A DNA stretch of 59,625 bases, the filler included. It is 7 parts of 7 records of this genome, joined end to end, with 100 filler letters (N's around TTAATTAATTAA, not from the genome) between each part and the next. Parts side by side here need not be neighbours in the genome. Positions count along the whole stretch, not along the records: positions 13,794 to 24,088 come from DRR723986_30716; positions 24,189 to 30,215 come from DRR723986_30753; positions 30,316 to 36,257 come from DRR723986_30782; 4 more parts are not named here. One strand, written 5' to 3'. Each line of letters opens with the position of its first letter. The stretch's first letter is position 1. A model generated the notes under the pieces. That model was not told the DNA's origin, searched no databases, and saw only the letters and a list, made by a program, of their open reading frames with translations. Position numbers and translations under genes: made by a program. This document shows, piece by piece, positions 22,019-32,507 of the stretch.

Positions 22019-23653
22019 ATGACTTACTTAAAAAAAGTAAAGATTGGGATTCTTACCAAGCCTTTTACTGAGTTAGACCCCTGGGAAATTTCTTTATTTG
22101 AGCAATTACTGGAATTAGATTTTTTAGAGATTTCCGCTTTGATCTTTGATGGAAGGCCTCAGGATACTCATAGTGCTAAACCTAGTTTATTATCTAGACT
22201 TTGGCCTGGCAACTTTTTATGGCGCTGGCAGCAATCTATTGAAAAGAAGCTTTTTGTACCGGTAAGCGTAGAGTCAGAGAAAGTGCGTCACATGTTTGAT
22301 AGTGTAGACAAGCTTGAAATGTTTCCTAGACGGAAAGGTTTTGTAGACTTTTTTGAAGAAGCGGACACTGAAAAGATTAAGCAATTAGACCTGGATATAA
22401 TTCTCCGACATGAATTTAACATCATAAAAGGGGCTATATTAAATGCATCCAAGTATGGAGTATGGAGCCTGCATCACGGAGACAATTTTGTGAATAGAGG
22501 AGGACCAGCCGGCTTTTGGGAAATTGTTGAAGGCCATGAAGCAATAGGAGTGACACTGCAGCAGCTTACTCCAGAGTTGGATGGCGGTAGAATCATTGAG
22601 AAGGCTTTTTATAATATAAACTGGTCGCACAATAAAAATCGTCAATTTATACAGTTCTCCTCCATTCAGCTGGTTTTAAAAAACATCAGAAAAGTGAGAT
22701 ATGGGAAATTCTCCATTGAAGAATCTCTCACCTATAGTCATGCATTATACAGGTCCCCCGGTCCATTGGCTACTTTGAAATACTTAGGAAAATTCTACAA
22801 GGTTTTCTTAAGTACCCTTATAAGTAAATTAGCGCCTTCAAAAAGAGAAAATCTATGGAAGCTCTATCTGGGAAAGGGCGACTTTCTTCATGCCGCATTG
22901 TTTAGAGTAAAAGAAATCCCACTACCTGAAGGGGAATTCTGGGCCGACCCATTTCTTTTTGAAAAAGAAGGCAAGAAGTATTTATTTTTTGAACGCTACA
23001 AATTTGACAAAGGAATAGCTTGTATCAGTGTGGGGCAACTCGAAAACGGTAAGGTGACAGACGTACAAGATGTGATTGACGATGGTACTCACATGTCCTA
23101 CCCCAATGTTTTTGAAGATCAGGGAGAAATCTATATGATCCCTGAAACCTGTGCAAAAAAGAGGTTAGAGGTATATAGAGCTACGGATTTCCCTTACAAA
23201 TGGGAGCTTTATTCTACTGCTTTCGAAGGTGTAGAACTAGCAGATGTTAACTTCTTCAGAGATGAACTGGGGAAAGCATGGATTTTCTTTAGTAAAGGCT
23301 TCTGGTTTGATCTAAATTCTGATCTCTATATATACCAGATCGATTCACTTAAAATGGATACTTTATACCCACATCTTCAGAACCCGGTGATTATAGATTC
23401 AAGAATTGCCAGAAATGGAGGTAAAATCTATAAAAGGGATGGGAAGTACTTCCGTCCAAGCCAAAGGAATGTCAATGGAAATTATGGGTTTGGGCTAAAT
23501 ATTAATCAAATAGTAGAGCTTACTCTGGAGGAATATAAGGAAGAGAAAATTGTGTCTGCCTATCCTTCCTTTATGCCCAAATTAACAGGCTTTCACCATG
23601 TGGACAGCCATGAAAAGTTCTTCATAATTGATGCAGCAAAAAGAAGGGGTTAA
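22019..23653 (+). CDS. Formyltransferase-like domain fused to a five-bladed beta-propeller (GINT1 N-terminal / GH43-like)
   Basis: N-half GVWSLHHGD...RGGPAGFWE...GVTLQ...ELDGGRII; C-half FWADPFLF...LFFE, HMSYPNVF...IYMIPET, HLQNPV...ARNGG. Confidence 0.75.
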   Translation: MTYLKKVKIGILTKPFTELDPWEISLFEQLLELDFLEISALIFDGRPQDTHSAKPSLLSRLWPGNFLWRWQQSIEKKLFVPVSVESEKVRHMFDSVDKLEMFPRRKGFVDFFEEADTEKIKQLDLDIILRHEFNIIKGAILNASKYGVWSLHHGDNFVNRGGPAGFWEIVEGHEAIGVTLQQLTPELDGGRIIEKAFYNINWSHNKNRQFIQFSSIQLVLKNIRKVRYGKFSIEESLTYSHALYRSPGPLATLKYLGKFYKVFLSTLISKLAPSKRENLWKLYLGKGDFLHAALFRVKEIPLPEGEFWADPFLFEKEGKKYLFFERYKFDKGIACISVGQLENGKVTDVQDVIDDGTHMSYPNVFEDQGEIYMIPETCAKKRLEVYRATDFPYKWELYSTAFEGVELADVNFFRDELGKAWIFFSKGFWFDLNSDLYIYQIDSLKMDTLYPHLQNPVIIDSRIARNGGKIYKRDGKYFRPSQRNVNGNYGFGLNINQIVELTLEEYKEEKIVSAYPSFMPKLTGFHHVDSHEKFFIIDAAKRRG

Positions 23654-23692
23654 GTGTTGTGATTACAAAGCATCTGAACATCCCCTTTTTGC

Positions 23693-23958
23693 CAGTAGCC
23701 AGTTAACAGTTAACAGTTAGCAGTTAGCAGTTAGCAGTGGCCAGTTGCCAGTTAACAGTTGCCAGTTAACAGTTAGCAGTTAGCAGTTGCCAGTTAACAG
23801 TGGCCAGTTGCCAGTTGCCAGACACCCAGCATCCAATACCAGTCATCCCTCCCGTCTCCCGTCTCCGGTCTCCGGTCTTTCAAACACCGGTCATCCAACA
23901 CCCAACTCCCAACACCGGTCATCTGACACCCAACACCGGTCACCCCTCATCCCTCATC
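23693..23958. repeat. Heptamer tandem repeat array in two sequence blocks
   Basis: 18 in-phase CAGT-initial heptamers (CAGTTAA/CAGTTAG/CAGTTGC/CAGTGGC/CAGTAGC) at 23693-23818, then C-rich heptamers (GTCTCCG, CAACACC, GGTCATC, CCTCATC) to 23958. Confidence 0.95.
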
Positions 23959-23965
23959 CCCAAAT

Positions 23966-23995
23966 AAAAAGGCCCAGAGAAACTCTGAGCCTTTT
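23966..23995. terminator. Terminator-like hairpin after the heptamer array
   Basis: aaaaaggcccagag-aaa-ctctgagcctttt. Confidence 0.7.
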
Positions 23996-24058
23996 CAAAT
24001 CGGCTTACGCCTAATTAAAACTTAACGCTAATTCAAATTTCCGAGCTAATAGGCAAAA

Positions 24059-24086
24059 AAAAAATACCCAATATTGGGTATTTTTT
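24059..24086. terminator. Perfect 28-bp palindrome at the contig end, probable terminator
   Basis: aaaaaatacccaatattgggtatttttt is its own reverse complement. Confidence 0.55.
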
Positions 24087-24088
24087 GG

Positions 24089-24188
24089 NNNNNNNNNNNN
24101 NNNNNNNNNNNNNNNNNNNNNNNNNNNNNNNNTTAATTAATTAANNNNNNNNNNNNNNNNNNNNNNNNNNNNNNNNNNNNNNNNNNNN
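24089..24188. other. Artificial contig linker
   Basis: N-run / TTAATTAATTAA / N-run, 100 nt. Confidence 0.99.
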
Positions 24189-24281
24189 CATGGGCGGACC
24201 CATTGATTTCTCAAAAAGGACCCGCCAAAAAATTTCATTTTCGCTGGAGGTGCCATTGCCAGCCGAAAACAACTGCCAAAC

Positions 24282-26459
24282 TTACACCATTCCCGAGCGC
24301 TTACGCATAAACCACTCTAAACCAAACAAGGCAACTGCTGCGGCCAAAAGCCAGGGCAGATTCCACAAAGCTATCTCGCTACGGTCGCTGACGGGACGCG
24401 CCTGAAAACCGCGGTGTTGTTTAATTTCATCGTACAAGGTCTCCAGATTGCCGGCTGCATAAAACTTGCCGCCCGTGCGTTCCGAAAGTGTGCGCAGCAG
24501 CGCGGCGTTCATACGTGGATTCTGAAACTCAATCGACACCTCACCAATACTGAAGCGACCATTGTCTGTGCCGTACTGCGCATCATTAACCAGCACACGC
24601 GCGTCAAAACTGAATTCACCCTGCGGCAAACCATCAACTTCGGTTGTGTAACGACCGCCGCCAAGGGGCGAGAGCACAATATCGCGCGGTTCTTCACCAC
24701 CGTTAATGCGCACGCGCACGTCAGCATCGCTAAGTGGTTCATAGGTCTCATCGTAAACCTGGCCAATAAACTCAACTCGCTCGCCACTCGAATACTGCTC
24801 GCGGCTGGTCTTGACGCGCACAAGTTTACCCTGATCACGTGTTGTTAACCAACGCACAGAGTTCTGCATGAACGCAGTGAATACGTCGGGCGTTTCTGTG
24901 CGCCCACGCGAAAGCTCAGCAGCGTAGCCCAGAGTTTTCCAGCGGAAAATACTGTAGGCAAATACGGCCATACTCTTGCGGTTCTGCAGCGAACGCACAG
25001 CGATCATGGGCTCATTGAGTGGCGCGTTGTTAACACGGATCGACGCCAGAACTTCGGACTCGGGTTTGACCTTCACGAAAGTTTCCGTGCGGAATACAGG
25101 TGGCATGGCATTCCAATATTCGGCGTCGGCGGCATTGCCCGCGATCTTCATAATTGGATGGACAAGAGCTTTCGCTGAGACGTCCGGCGTCACCATCAGT
25201 TCGCGCTGCTGTGATGCGCTGACAGTAAAGGGCAAATACGGTTCGAGAGGACGCATACGCACATAATCAACCTGCCGCGAAGCCATGAACATCAATGGAC
25301 GCCCGCGCTCCAAAGCCGTGGCCAACATCTGGATAACTTCCGGCGACGTTGAAGTAACCGGAAAACCAATCGTGATGATTAATTCCGCCTGAATGAAGTC
25401 TGCAGGTGTTGGTGCTTCACCAATATACCCCGCACCTTTTTTCTGGATAAAGGTCTCAACTTCTACGTTCTTGTTGCTCTCAAGTGTTGATCGCACAAAA
25501 CCGAGGTCCGGCGTTGGCGCACCGGCCAGGATCACAACTTTGCGCTTGGACTTTAACACGCGCACAAATTCAACAACGCGATTATTCTTGTCGGTTAACT
25601 CCCCTTCCACAGGGTCAATGCGCGCTTCAATTTTGCGCGTGCCGGCTTCTTTGGGCATGTACTCAAAGAGAAGCGAATATGTATTTGCACCTTCGCGCAG
25701 CTGAATAATCTGCTCGTCAATTATTGCGCCATTGTCCAGCAAACGCACGGCCAACTCACCTTCGGCGTAACCGGAGGACTTAACATTTACGTTGATTGGT
25801 GCGGGAACATCGACGTAGGCCAGATCATTCGTAATGATCGTCTGGACAGAAACATCGCGCGGCTCGGTTGAATCGCCGATGCCGATGGTGTATACGGGAC
25901 GCCCAAGCAGTTCAGCATCGTAGATCGGGTTCTGGCCGGAGTTAAACGCACCGTCGGTCACAAGTACGAGCGCGCGAATGTTGTCACGCTCTACGTCGTT
26001 AAACACGGACTTAAACGCGCTGGAGATATTACTCAGCTCACCGTTAAAATCCAGTGAGTCCACATGAAAGTCTTCAAGTTGAGCGGCACGACGGTCAAAG
26101 GCCAACACGCGATTGTCGTCACTAAACAAATCCTGGTTGATGGAAGCGAGCGCCTCCGTGTACTGCGTGCGGCGGTCGACTGATGCATCCTGCATCACCG
26201 CGGATTGTGAATTGTCGAGCATTACGGCGACGCGCGCCGGCTCCTCGGTCACCTTCACAAGATTTAAAAGCGGCTCAAACAAAATGAAAAAAAGCAAGGC
26301 AAGCCCGCTGCCGCGCAGGAGAATCATAAAGACCCTCCGCCCAGTCGAAATCGGCGGAACAGTTGTCCGGTAGACAAACACACTGAGCGTAAAACCGATA
26401 AGACAGCAGAGTGCCAGAAGCCAAATGCTACCACTCAATCCAAAGTCATACGAAGTCAT
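24282..26459 (-). CDS. Membrane-anchored VWA-domain protein with Ig-like and glutamine-amidotransferase-like regions
   Basis: Two N-terminal TM helices, MIDAS-like LDNSQS and LVTDG, PVYTIGIG, C-terminal TM ending LEWFMRKRSGMV. Confidence 0.8.
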   Translation of the reverse strand: MTSYDFGLSGSIWLLALCCLIGFTLSVFVYRTTVPPISTGRRVFMILLRGSGLALLFFILFEPLLNLVKVTEEPARVAVMLDNSQSAVMQDASVDRRTQYTEALASINQDLFSDDNRVLAFDRRAAQLEDFHVDSLDFNGELSNISSAFKSVFNDVERDNIRALVLVTDGAFNSGQNPIYDAELLGRPVYTIGIGDSTEPRDVSVQTIITNDLAYVDVPAPINVNVKSSGYAEGELAVRLLDNGAIIDEQIIQLREGANTYSLLFEYMPKEAGTRKIEARIDPVEGELTDKNNRVVEFVRVLKSKRKVVILAGAPTPDLGFVRSTLESNKNVEVETFIQKKGAGYIGEAPTPADFIQAELIITIGFPVTSTSPEVIQMLATALERGRPLMFMASRQVDYVRMRPLEPYLPFTVSASQQRELMVTPDVSAKALVHPIMKIAGNAADAEYWNAMPPVFRTETFVKVKPESEVLASIRVNNAPLNEPMIAVRSLQNRKSMAVFAYSIFRWKTLGYAAELSRGRTETPDVFTAFMQNSVRWLTTRDQGKLVRVKTSREQYSSGERVEFIGQVYDETYEPLSDADVRVRINGGEEPRDIVLSPLGGGRYTTEVDGLPQGEFSFDARVLVNDAQYGTDNGRFSIGEVSIEFQNPRMNAALLRTLSERTGGKFYAAGNLETLYDEIKQHRGFQARPVSDRSEIALWNLPWLLAAAVALFGLEWFMRKRSGMV

Positions 26460-26597
26460 CTATGCCACACGTCGGGTTGTTCTATCTATGCAGGAAAGCT
26501 TGCCTGAAGCGTTTCCCGCCACGTAAATTTTGGGCTAGCTTTGGCAAAAGTTTGGGCTACAAATCGGCAAAACCGTAATTTGTACGTCTGTCGGGAT

Positions 26598-26671
26598 CGG
26601 GGTGTAGCTCAGCCCGGTAGAGCACTACGTTCGGGACGTAGGGGCCGGAGGTTCAAATCCTCTCACCCCGA
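26598..26671 (+). tRNA. tRNA-Pro(CGG)
   Basis: CGGGGTG TAGCTCAGCCCGGTAGAGC A CTACG-TTCGGGA-CGTAG GGGCC GGAGG-TTCAAAT-CCTCT CACCCCG A; full cloverleaf; CCA not encoded. Confidence 0.97.
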
Positions 26672-26680
26672 CAGAAGACT

Positions 26681-26715
26681 AAAAGCCGCATACATACACG
26701 TATCGCGGCTTTTTT
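26681..26715. terminator. Bidirectional terminator between tRNA-Pro and the convergent binding-protein gene
   Basis: aaaagccgcatac-atacac-gtatcgcggctttttt. Confidence 0.8.
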
Positions 26716-26736
26716 ATTGGCAGACTCACCCAGAAT

Positions 26737-28008
26737 TCACTTTTTAACAGCCATGCCCAGAAGTTCGAGGACGCGCTCCTGCGCATAATCCAGACTCTCT
26801 TGTGCCGTTGCACGACCGTAAAGTACCTTCACCGTTGCTTCTTCCAGAATCTCCTGAATCTCGAGCCACTGCGGATGTACCGGCGTCATGCGCGCGCTAC
26901 GTAATTGTGCGGCAAACGTTTCACGATGTTGGCGCGTTTGGAAATAAGGATCAGCAAAGTAGTTAGTGTCGGCAGGGAAACCGGCGGACGAGACTTTTTT
27001 ACACCATTCGAGTGCATTCTTGCCGTCGCACATCCAGCCTACAAATGTCTGCGCCAGTTCGGAAGACTCTGAGCTACGATTGACGGCCAGATATTCGCCA
27101 CCAGCAAAGGACACGCCCGGATTGCCATCCAGCGACGGCATGAGCATGACGCCGTAGTCGAGATCTGGATTTTCCTTGGCGATTCTATCGAGCAGCCACG
27201 ATCCACTCATCCACACGCCGATGTTGCCGCGGATAAAGGCGTCGTCCAGCTGACGCTGTGTTTCGACCAAGCCAAACTGTGAGGAGGAGACGTACATTTC
27301 GAGGGCCTTGACATTAGCAGGGCTGTTTAGATTCGGCACTCCGGTTGGCGCAAAGATTGTACCACCGGCGGACCACATGAGCGGCAAAACTTTTTTGTAG
27401 AGTCGATTGCGGTCGGGGCCATTGACACCAAAACCGTAGACTCCTTCAATTGTGTTGATTTGCTCGGCCGCACTGAGCAGACCAGCAAAGTCGCTCGGTG
27501 GATCGGCAGGATCGAGGCCCGCCTGCTTGAGCAAGTCGCGGTTGTAATAAATGACGCGACTGTCAACCACCCAGGGCCATGCCGCAATTTCGACTCCATT
27601 ACGTGCTACCTGATGCGTAAAATCCAAATACGACCCCAGGTCGCCACCACCGGCACCCAGGTCGGCCAGGACTCCGGCGCTCGCAAACTGCGCCACCCAG
27701 TCTGATCCAAGCTCAAGGACGTCCGGCGCCTGACCGGCATTAAATGCCGCCAGCAACTTGGATTTACCATCGTTCCACGATAGCTCGGTCATTTCCACCG
27801 TACAATTGTGTTCGGCCTCAAACTGCGCCACCACGCTGTCCAGCGCACGCCGCTGCGAAGGTTCGCTCCAAAAATGCCAGAAGCTAAGAGTTGGCTTGTC
27901 CACTGCATCACCTGGAGTGTCGCCAGGCTTGGGGCCGGCGTCCGCTCCGCAGGACTGAATAAAAGCTAGAGCCAAACAGAACAGGAGAGCAGAAGTAACT
28001 TGGCGCAT
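26737..28008 (-). CDS. ABC-type sugar extracellular solute-binding lipoprotein
   Basis: From ATG 28008: signal ending IQSC; LSFWHFW, AGQAPDV, IYYNRDLL, MSGSW, FAGGEYLAV. Confidence 0.88.
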   Translation of the reverse strand: MRQVTSALLFCLALAFIQSCGADAGPKPGDTPGDAVDKPTLSFWHFWSEPSQRRALDSVVAQFEAEHNCTVEMTELSWNDGKSKLLAAFNAGQAPDVLELGSDWVAQFASAGVLADLGAGGGDLGSYLDFTHQVARNGVEIAAWPWVVDSRVIYYNRDLLKQAGLDPADPPSDFAGLLSAAEQINTIEGVYGFGVNGPDRNRLYKKVLPLMWSAGGTIFAPTGVPNLNSPANVKALEMYVSSSQFGLVETQRQLDDAFIRGNIGVWMSGSWLLDRIAKENPDLDYGVMLMPSLDGNPGVSFAGGEYLAVNRSSESSELAQTFVGWMCDGKNALEWCKKVSSAGFPADTNYFADPYFQTRQHRETFAAQLRSARMTPVHPQWLEIQEILEEATVKVLYGRATAQESLDYAQERVLELLGMAVKK

Positions 28009-28136
28009 AGCGTGACTCCGGAAATGACGTTGAGCAAAATTTCTACCAAAAAAATAAACGGCGCCCCGCTTGTGAATTTTCTGTTCTTTTTGCCAGTATT
28101 CACGGGGCGCCATTCAAGTCGCAAATACGGTCGAGT

Positions 28137-29405
28137 TTACATGTGCGCGATTACGGCGTCACCAAACTCAGAGGTCTTGACCTGCGTGGCATCGTCCATC
28201 AGACGCGCAAAATCGTAGGTAACGGTTTTGGCGCCAATCGCGCCGTTAATTCCGTTTACGATCAGGTCGGCAGCTTCATTCCAGCCAAGGTGGCGCAGCA
28301 TGAGCTCACCAGACAAAATTACGGAGCCAGGATTAACCTTGTCCTGCCCGGTGTATTTGGGCGCTGTGCCGTGCGTGGCTTCAAAAACGGCAACGCCGGT
28401 ATCGTAATTGATGTTAGCGCCAGGCGCGATTCCAATTCCCCCAACCTGTGCCGCAAGTGCATCGCTGATGTAGTCGCCGTTGAGATTCATAGTCGCAATC
28501 ACGTCGTACTCAGCCGGGCGCGTCAAAATCTGCTGCAGGAAGGCATCAGCAATTGAGTCTTTAACCAGCAGCTTGTCGCCGGGTTTGCCGCTGCAATCAT
28601 CCCAGCCCACAGCCTTGTCGCTGAACTCTTCACGGACAAGTTCATATCCCCAGTCACGAAACGCACCTTCGGTGAATTTCATGATGTTGCCTTTGTGCAC
28701 CAGCGTGAGGGATTTGCGACCGTGGTTGAGCGCATAACGCAGCGCCGCACGCACGATACGCTGCGTTCCCGGACGTGAAATCGGCTTAATGCCCAGGCCA
28801 ACTTCATCGCTGTTTTCAGCGCCGAAGCGAATTTTTTCCCACATCGCTGGGAATTGCGTGCGCAGCGTTTCCGCAAAGCGTTTTTGCTCGTCACTGCCGG
28901 CCTGGAATTCGATTCCGGCGTAGATATCTTCCGTGTTTTCGCGGAAAATTACCATGTCAATATCACCCGGGCGTTTGACAGGCGATGGCACACCTTCGTA
29001 CCAGCGTACGGGACGCAGGCAGACATAAAGATCCAGAATCTGGCGCAGCGCCACATTAATTGAGCGAATCCCACCGCCGACAGGTGTAGTCAGCGGGCCT
29101 TTGATAGCGACGGTGTAGTCGCGAATCGCCTGGAGCGTATCTCCCGGCAGCCAGGTATTCGGGCCGTAAACTTCGTTGGCTTTGTCACCGGCATAGACCT
29201 CAAACCATTCAATTTTTTTTGCACCGCCGTAGGCCTTTGCGACTGCGGCATCAAAGACGCGTTGTGATGCGGCCCAGATATCGGGACCAATTCCATCGCC
29301 TTCAATAAAAGGTATAATCGGGCGGTCAGGCACGTCGAGAACACCGTCGGCATTCACGCGGATCGCCTCGCCGCTGCCTGGTGTTTGCAATTTACTGTAA
29401 GCCAT
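28137..29405 (-). CDS. icd: NADP-dependent isocitrate dehydrogenase
   Basis: [65 protein letters not shown]. Likely start ATG 29405 (MAYSKL). Confidence 0.97.
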   Translation of the reverse strand: MAYSKLQTPGSGEAIRVNADGVLDVPDRPIIPFIEGDGIGPDIWAASQRVFDAAVAKAYGGAKKIEWFEVYAGDKANEVYGPNTWLPGDTLQAIRDYTVAIKGPLTTPVGGGIRSINVALRQILDLYVCLRPVRWYEGVPSPVKRPGDIDMVIFRENTEDIYAGIEFQAGSDEQKRFAETLRTQFPAMWEKIRFGAENSDEVGLGIKPISRPGTQRIVRAALRYALNHGRKSLTLVHKGNIMKFTEGAFRDWGYELVREEFSDKAVGWDDCSGKPGDKLLVKDSIADAFLQQILTRPAEYDVIATMNLNGDYISDALAAQVGGIGIAPGANINYDTGVAVFEATHGTAPKYTGQDKVNPGSVILSGELMLRHLGWNEAADLIVNGINGAIGAKTVTYDFARLMDDATQVKTSEFGDAVIAHM

Positions 29406-29684
29406 TGTTTTTCCTGAATTTATCTTGTGGATAACACGTACCGCATTCATCAACATTCGTCGCGGTGGGCCTCAAAATCGGCGTCCGCAGGAGCGAACAT
29501 CAGATATAGAGCAAAGATTCCTAAAATAGGGATTTTTCGGCGGAGTGACAATCCGGTAACAGGGCCCGGCGGCTCGCCGCTGTTGTGCGGTTAGCTTTTG
29601 GCAACGGAAGTCACCAGCGTTGCGCAGGTCGGCAAGATTCGGTAATTTAGGAGTCTTTTTCCCTTGGGAATCTACCGGGGATAA

Positions 29685-30215
<531 letters not shown>

Positions 30216-30315
30216 NNNNNNNNNNNNNNNNNNNNNNNNNNNNNNNNNNNNNNNNNNNNTTAATTAATTAANNNNNNNNNNNNNNNNNNNNNNNNNNNNN
30301 NNNNNNNNNNNNNNN
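30216..30315. other. Artificial contig linker
   Basis: N-run / TTAATTAATTAA / N-run, 100 nt. Confidence 0.99.
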
Positions 30316-30316
30316 A

Positions 30317-32431
30317 ACGTTTGCGAGTGTCCTCTGGAGTAATGGATCTGTTAACAATGCAATCACGGTTAGTCAGAGTGGTGTTTACACAGCGATTGTA
30401 ACAACGGCCAATGGATGCTCGTCTGCGACTTCCATCAGCATTACGGTTAACCCCTTGCCTACAGTTCAGATCAACAGCGGTGGAATCACTGAGATATGTG
30501 AAGACCAGACTCTGGAACTTGACGCTGGCGCCGGTTATGCATCCTACCTGTGGAGCAACGGTGCTACCAGCCAGACGGTTCTTGTTAACAGATCAATTGT
30601 AAACGCAACTTCTGCAAACTTCAACTACAGTGTCACTGTAGCAAACGCTGAACTCTGTTCAACTTCCAGCTCAATGACAATCACAGTGCACGCCCAGCCG
30701 GAAATCACGGTGACGTCCGACGGGCCGACCGCTTTCTGCCCAGGCGAAGACGTCACACTCTTTGCGCCCGGCGGCTACGCGCAGTATGCATGGAGCAATG
30801 GCGCTACAACACAAACCTTAACAATTAGCTCAACAACAAGTGTGTTCTGTACAATTACCAGCCAGTTCGGCTGTGTCAGCACTACGGCAGTTATAGACGT
30901 GCGTGTTAACAATCCGCTGCGTCCGGAAATTGTCGCCAATGGTGCACTTGAGTTCTGTGCGGACGAAACGCGCCTGCTCGACGCAGGTTTCGGTTTTGAT
31001 AGTTACCTCTGGAGCAATGGCGCTACAAGCCAAACAATTGAGATTTCTGCCAGTGGTGTCTACAGCGTCACAGTCACGAATACCAACACCTGTTCCGGCT
31101 CAACCAGTATCAGCCTGACAAAACGCCCACTCCCAGTTGTTAATATAACAGCCGATGGCCCCACGTCCTTCTGTTACGGTCCACTGCGCAGTCTTGACGC
31201 AGGCGCCGGGCACAGCTCCTACCTGTGGAGCAATGGTGCCACAAGCCAGAATATTGCGGTGCAAAACAGCGGAGTCTACAGCGTTACAGTCACAAACCAG
31301 TTTGGCTGTGCGCAGTCCAGCGCAATGACAATAACAGTATGGCCACTGCCGACGCCCACAATTGTCGCCGCAGGCCCAATCGAACTCTGTGAAGGCGAAG
31401 ATGTCACGCTCAGCGTCACCGGCAATTATGCTTCCCTGCTGTGGAACAATGGCTCCACGCAGTCCAGCATTACCGTCAGCAGCAGCGGAATCTATGTCGT
31501 GACTGCCGCAACTCTTCTCGGCTGTCTGCAAAGCACAGCCATCACGGTTACGGTCAACAGCATTCCGGTTCTGTCGCTTAGCGCTGATGGACCGCTCGAA
31601 TTCTGCGCAGGCGGTGAGGTTGAACTCGATGCCGGAAACGGCCACAGCACATATGCATGGAGCAATGGCGCCAGCACTCAAACCATCATCGTCAACCAAA
31701 GTGGCCGGTATCAGGTCACCGTCTCCAGTATCTCAGGCTGCCAGACCAGTGCCGCCCTGCAGGTAACTGTTAACAGCATCCAGATACAGGCCGGACTGTT
31801 TTTGGAAGGCGCATTCGATCTTACAGACATGCGCACCGACTTTGCCGATAATTCCCTGCTACCGCAGGAGCAGCCATTTAACAGCGCGCCGTTTAACTAT
31901 GGCGGTACGGAAACAATTCAGTTTGCCGCTGCCAACATCAGCGACTGGGTCTTACTGGAATTGCGTGATCCTGACGATCCGACTATTGTTTTGCTGCGGC
32001 AGGCCGCCCTGCTGGACAATCAGGGTGTCGTGCGCCGCATGGATGGTAGCGCCGGCATCCAGCTTGCCGCTGACTTTAGCTTTGACTCGGCCTATCTTGT
32101 GATCCACTCTCCCGGCCACCTCTCGCTCATCTCCGCCGATAAAATCAGCATTGATGCAGCCTGTGCCGCCGCGCTTGACTTCCGTCAGCCAAACGTCGCC
32201 TGGCGTGATTTCCAGGACCCAACTGTAGAAGTACGTCCGGGTACATTTGCCGCAATTGCCGGTGATGCCGCCATCGATGGTTTCGTAAATGCACGTGACC
32301 GCGTGCAGGTACGACGCCATTTGTTTGAGGTTGGATACTTCGAGTACGACAGCAATCGCGATGGCGTTGTCAACGCTGTTGACCGAATTATCGTGCGTAA
32401 TAACTCCTTCAAGATTTCGCAGGTGCCCTGA
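30317..32431 (+). CDS. C-terminal part of a large secreted protein: tandem ~72-aa Ig/PKD-like repeats plus dockerin-like C-terminal domain
   Basis: Frame is open from the contig start (TFASVLWSNG...). Repeats GPxxFC...LDAG..SYLWSNGAT.Q...SG.Y.VTV...GC; ends FLEGAF...DWVLLELRD...GDAAIDGFVNARD...DSNRDGVVNAVD...SQVP. Confidence 0.85.
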   Translation, partial: TFASVLWSNGSVNNAITVSQSGVYTAIVTTANGCSSATSISITVNPLPTVQINSGGITEICEDQTLELDAGAGYASYLWSNGATSQTVLVNRSIVNATSANFNYSVTVANAELCSTSSSMTITVHAQPEITVTSDGPTAFCPGEDVTLFAPGGYAQYAWSNGATTQTLTISSTTSVFCTITSQFGCVSTTAVIDVRVNNPLRPEIVANGALEFCADETRLLDAGFGFDSYLWSNGATSQTIEISASGVYSVTVTNTNTCSGSTSISLTKRPLPVVNITADGPTSFCYGPLRSLDAGAGHSSYLWSNGATSQNIAVQNSGVYSVTVTNQFGCAQSSAMTITVWPLPTPTIVAAGPIELCEGEDVTLSVTGNYASLLWNNGSTQSSITVSSSGIYVVTAATLLGCLQSTAITVTVNSIPVLSLSADGPLEFCAGGEVELDAGNGHSTYAWSNGASTQTIIVNQSGRYQVTVSSISGCQTSAALQVTVNSIQIQAGLFLEGAFDLTDMRTDFADNSLLPQEQPFNSAPFNYGGTETIQFAAANISDWVLLELRDPDDPTIVLLRQAALLDNQGVVRRMDGSAGIQLAADFSFDSAYLVIHSPGHLSLISADKISIDAACAAALDFRQPNVAWRDFQDPTVEVRPGTFAAIAGDAAIDGFVNARDRVQVRRHLFEVGYFEYDSNRDGVVNAVDRIIVRNNSFKISQVP

Positions 32432-32476
32432 GGCCAGAATGAGCACATAAGGAGCAAATCCCAGTTTTTATGCGGT

Positions 32477-32507
32477 ATGGGCCACTTTTGGTGGCCCATT
32501 CGTTTTT
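32477..32507 (+). terminator. Terminator-like hairpin
   Basis: atgggccac-ttttg-gtggcccat followed by tcgttttt. Confidence 0.55.

Noticed and set aside
23693-23958. CRISPR array, or the 75-aa ORF 23787-24014
   Set aside because: Units are contiguous 7-mers with no spacers and no cas genes; the ORF is just translated repeat.
26541-26747. 68-aa ORF
   Set aside because: Overlaps tRNA-Pro and its terminator.
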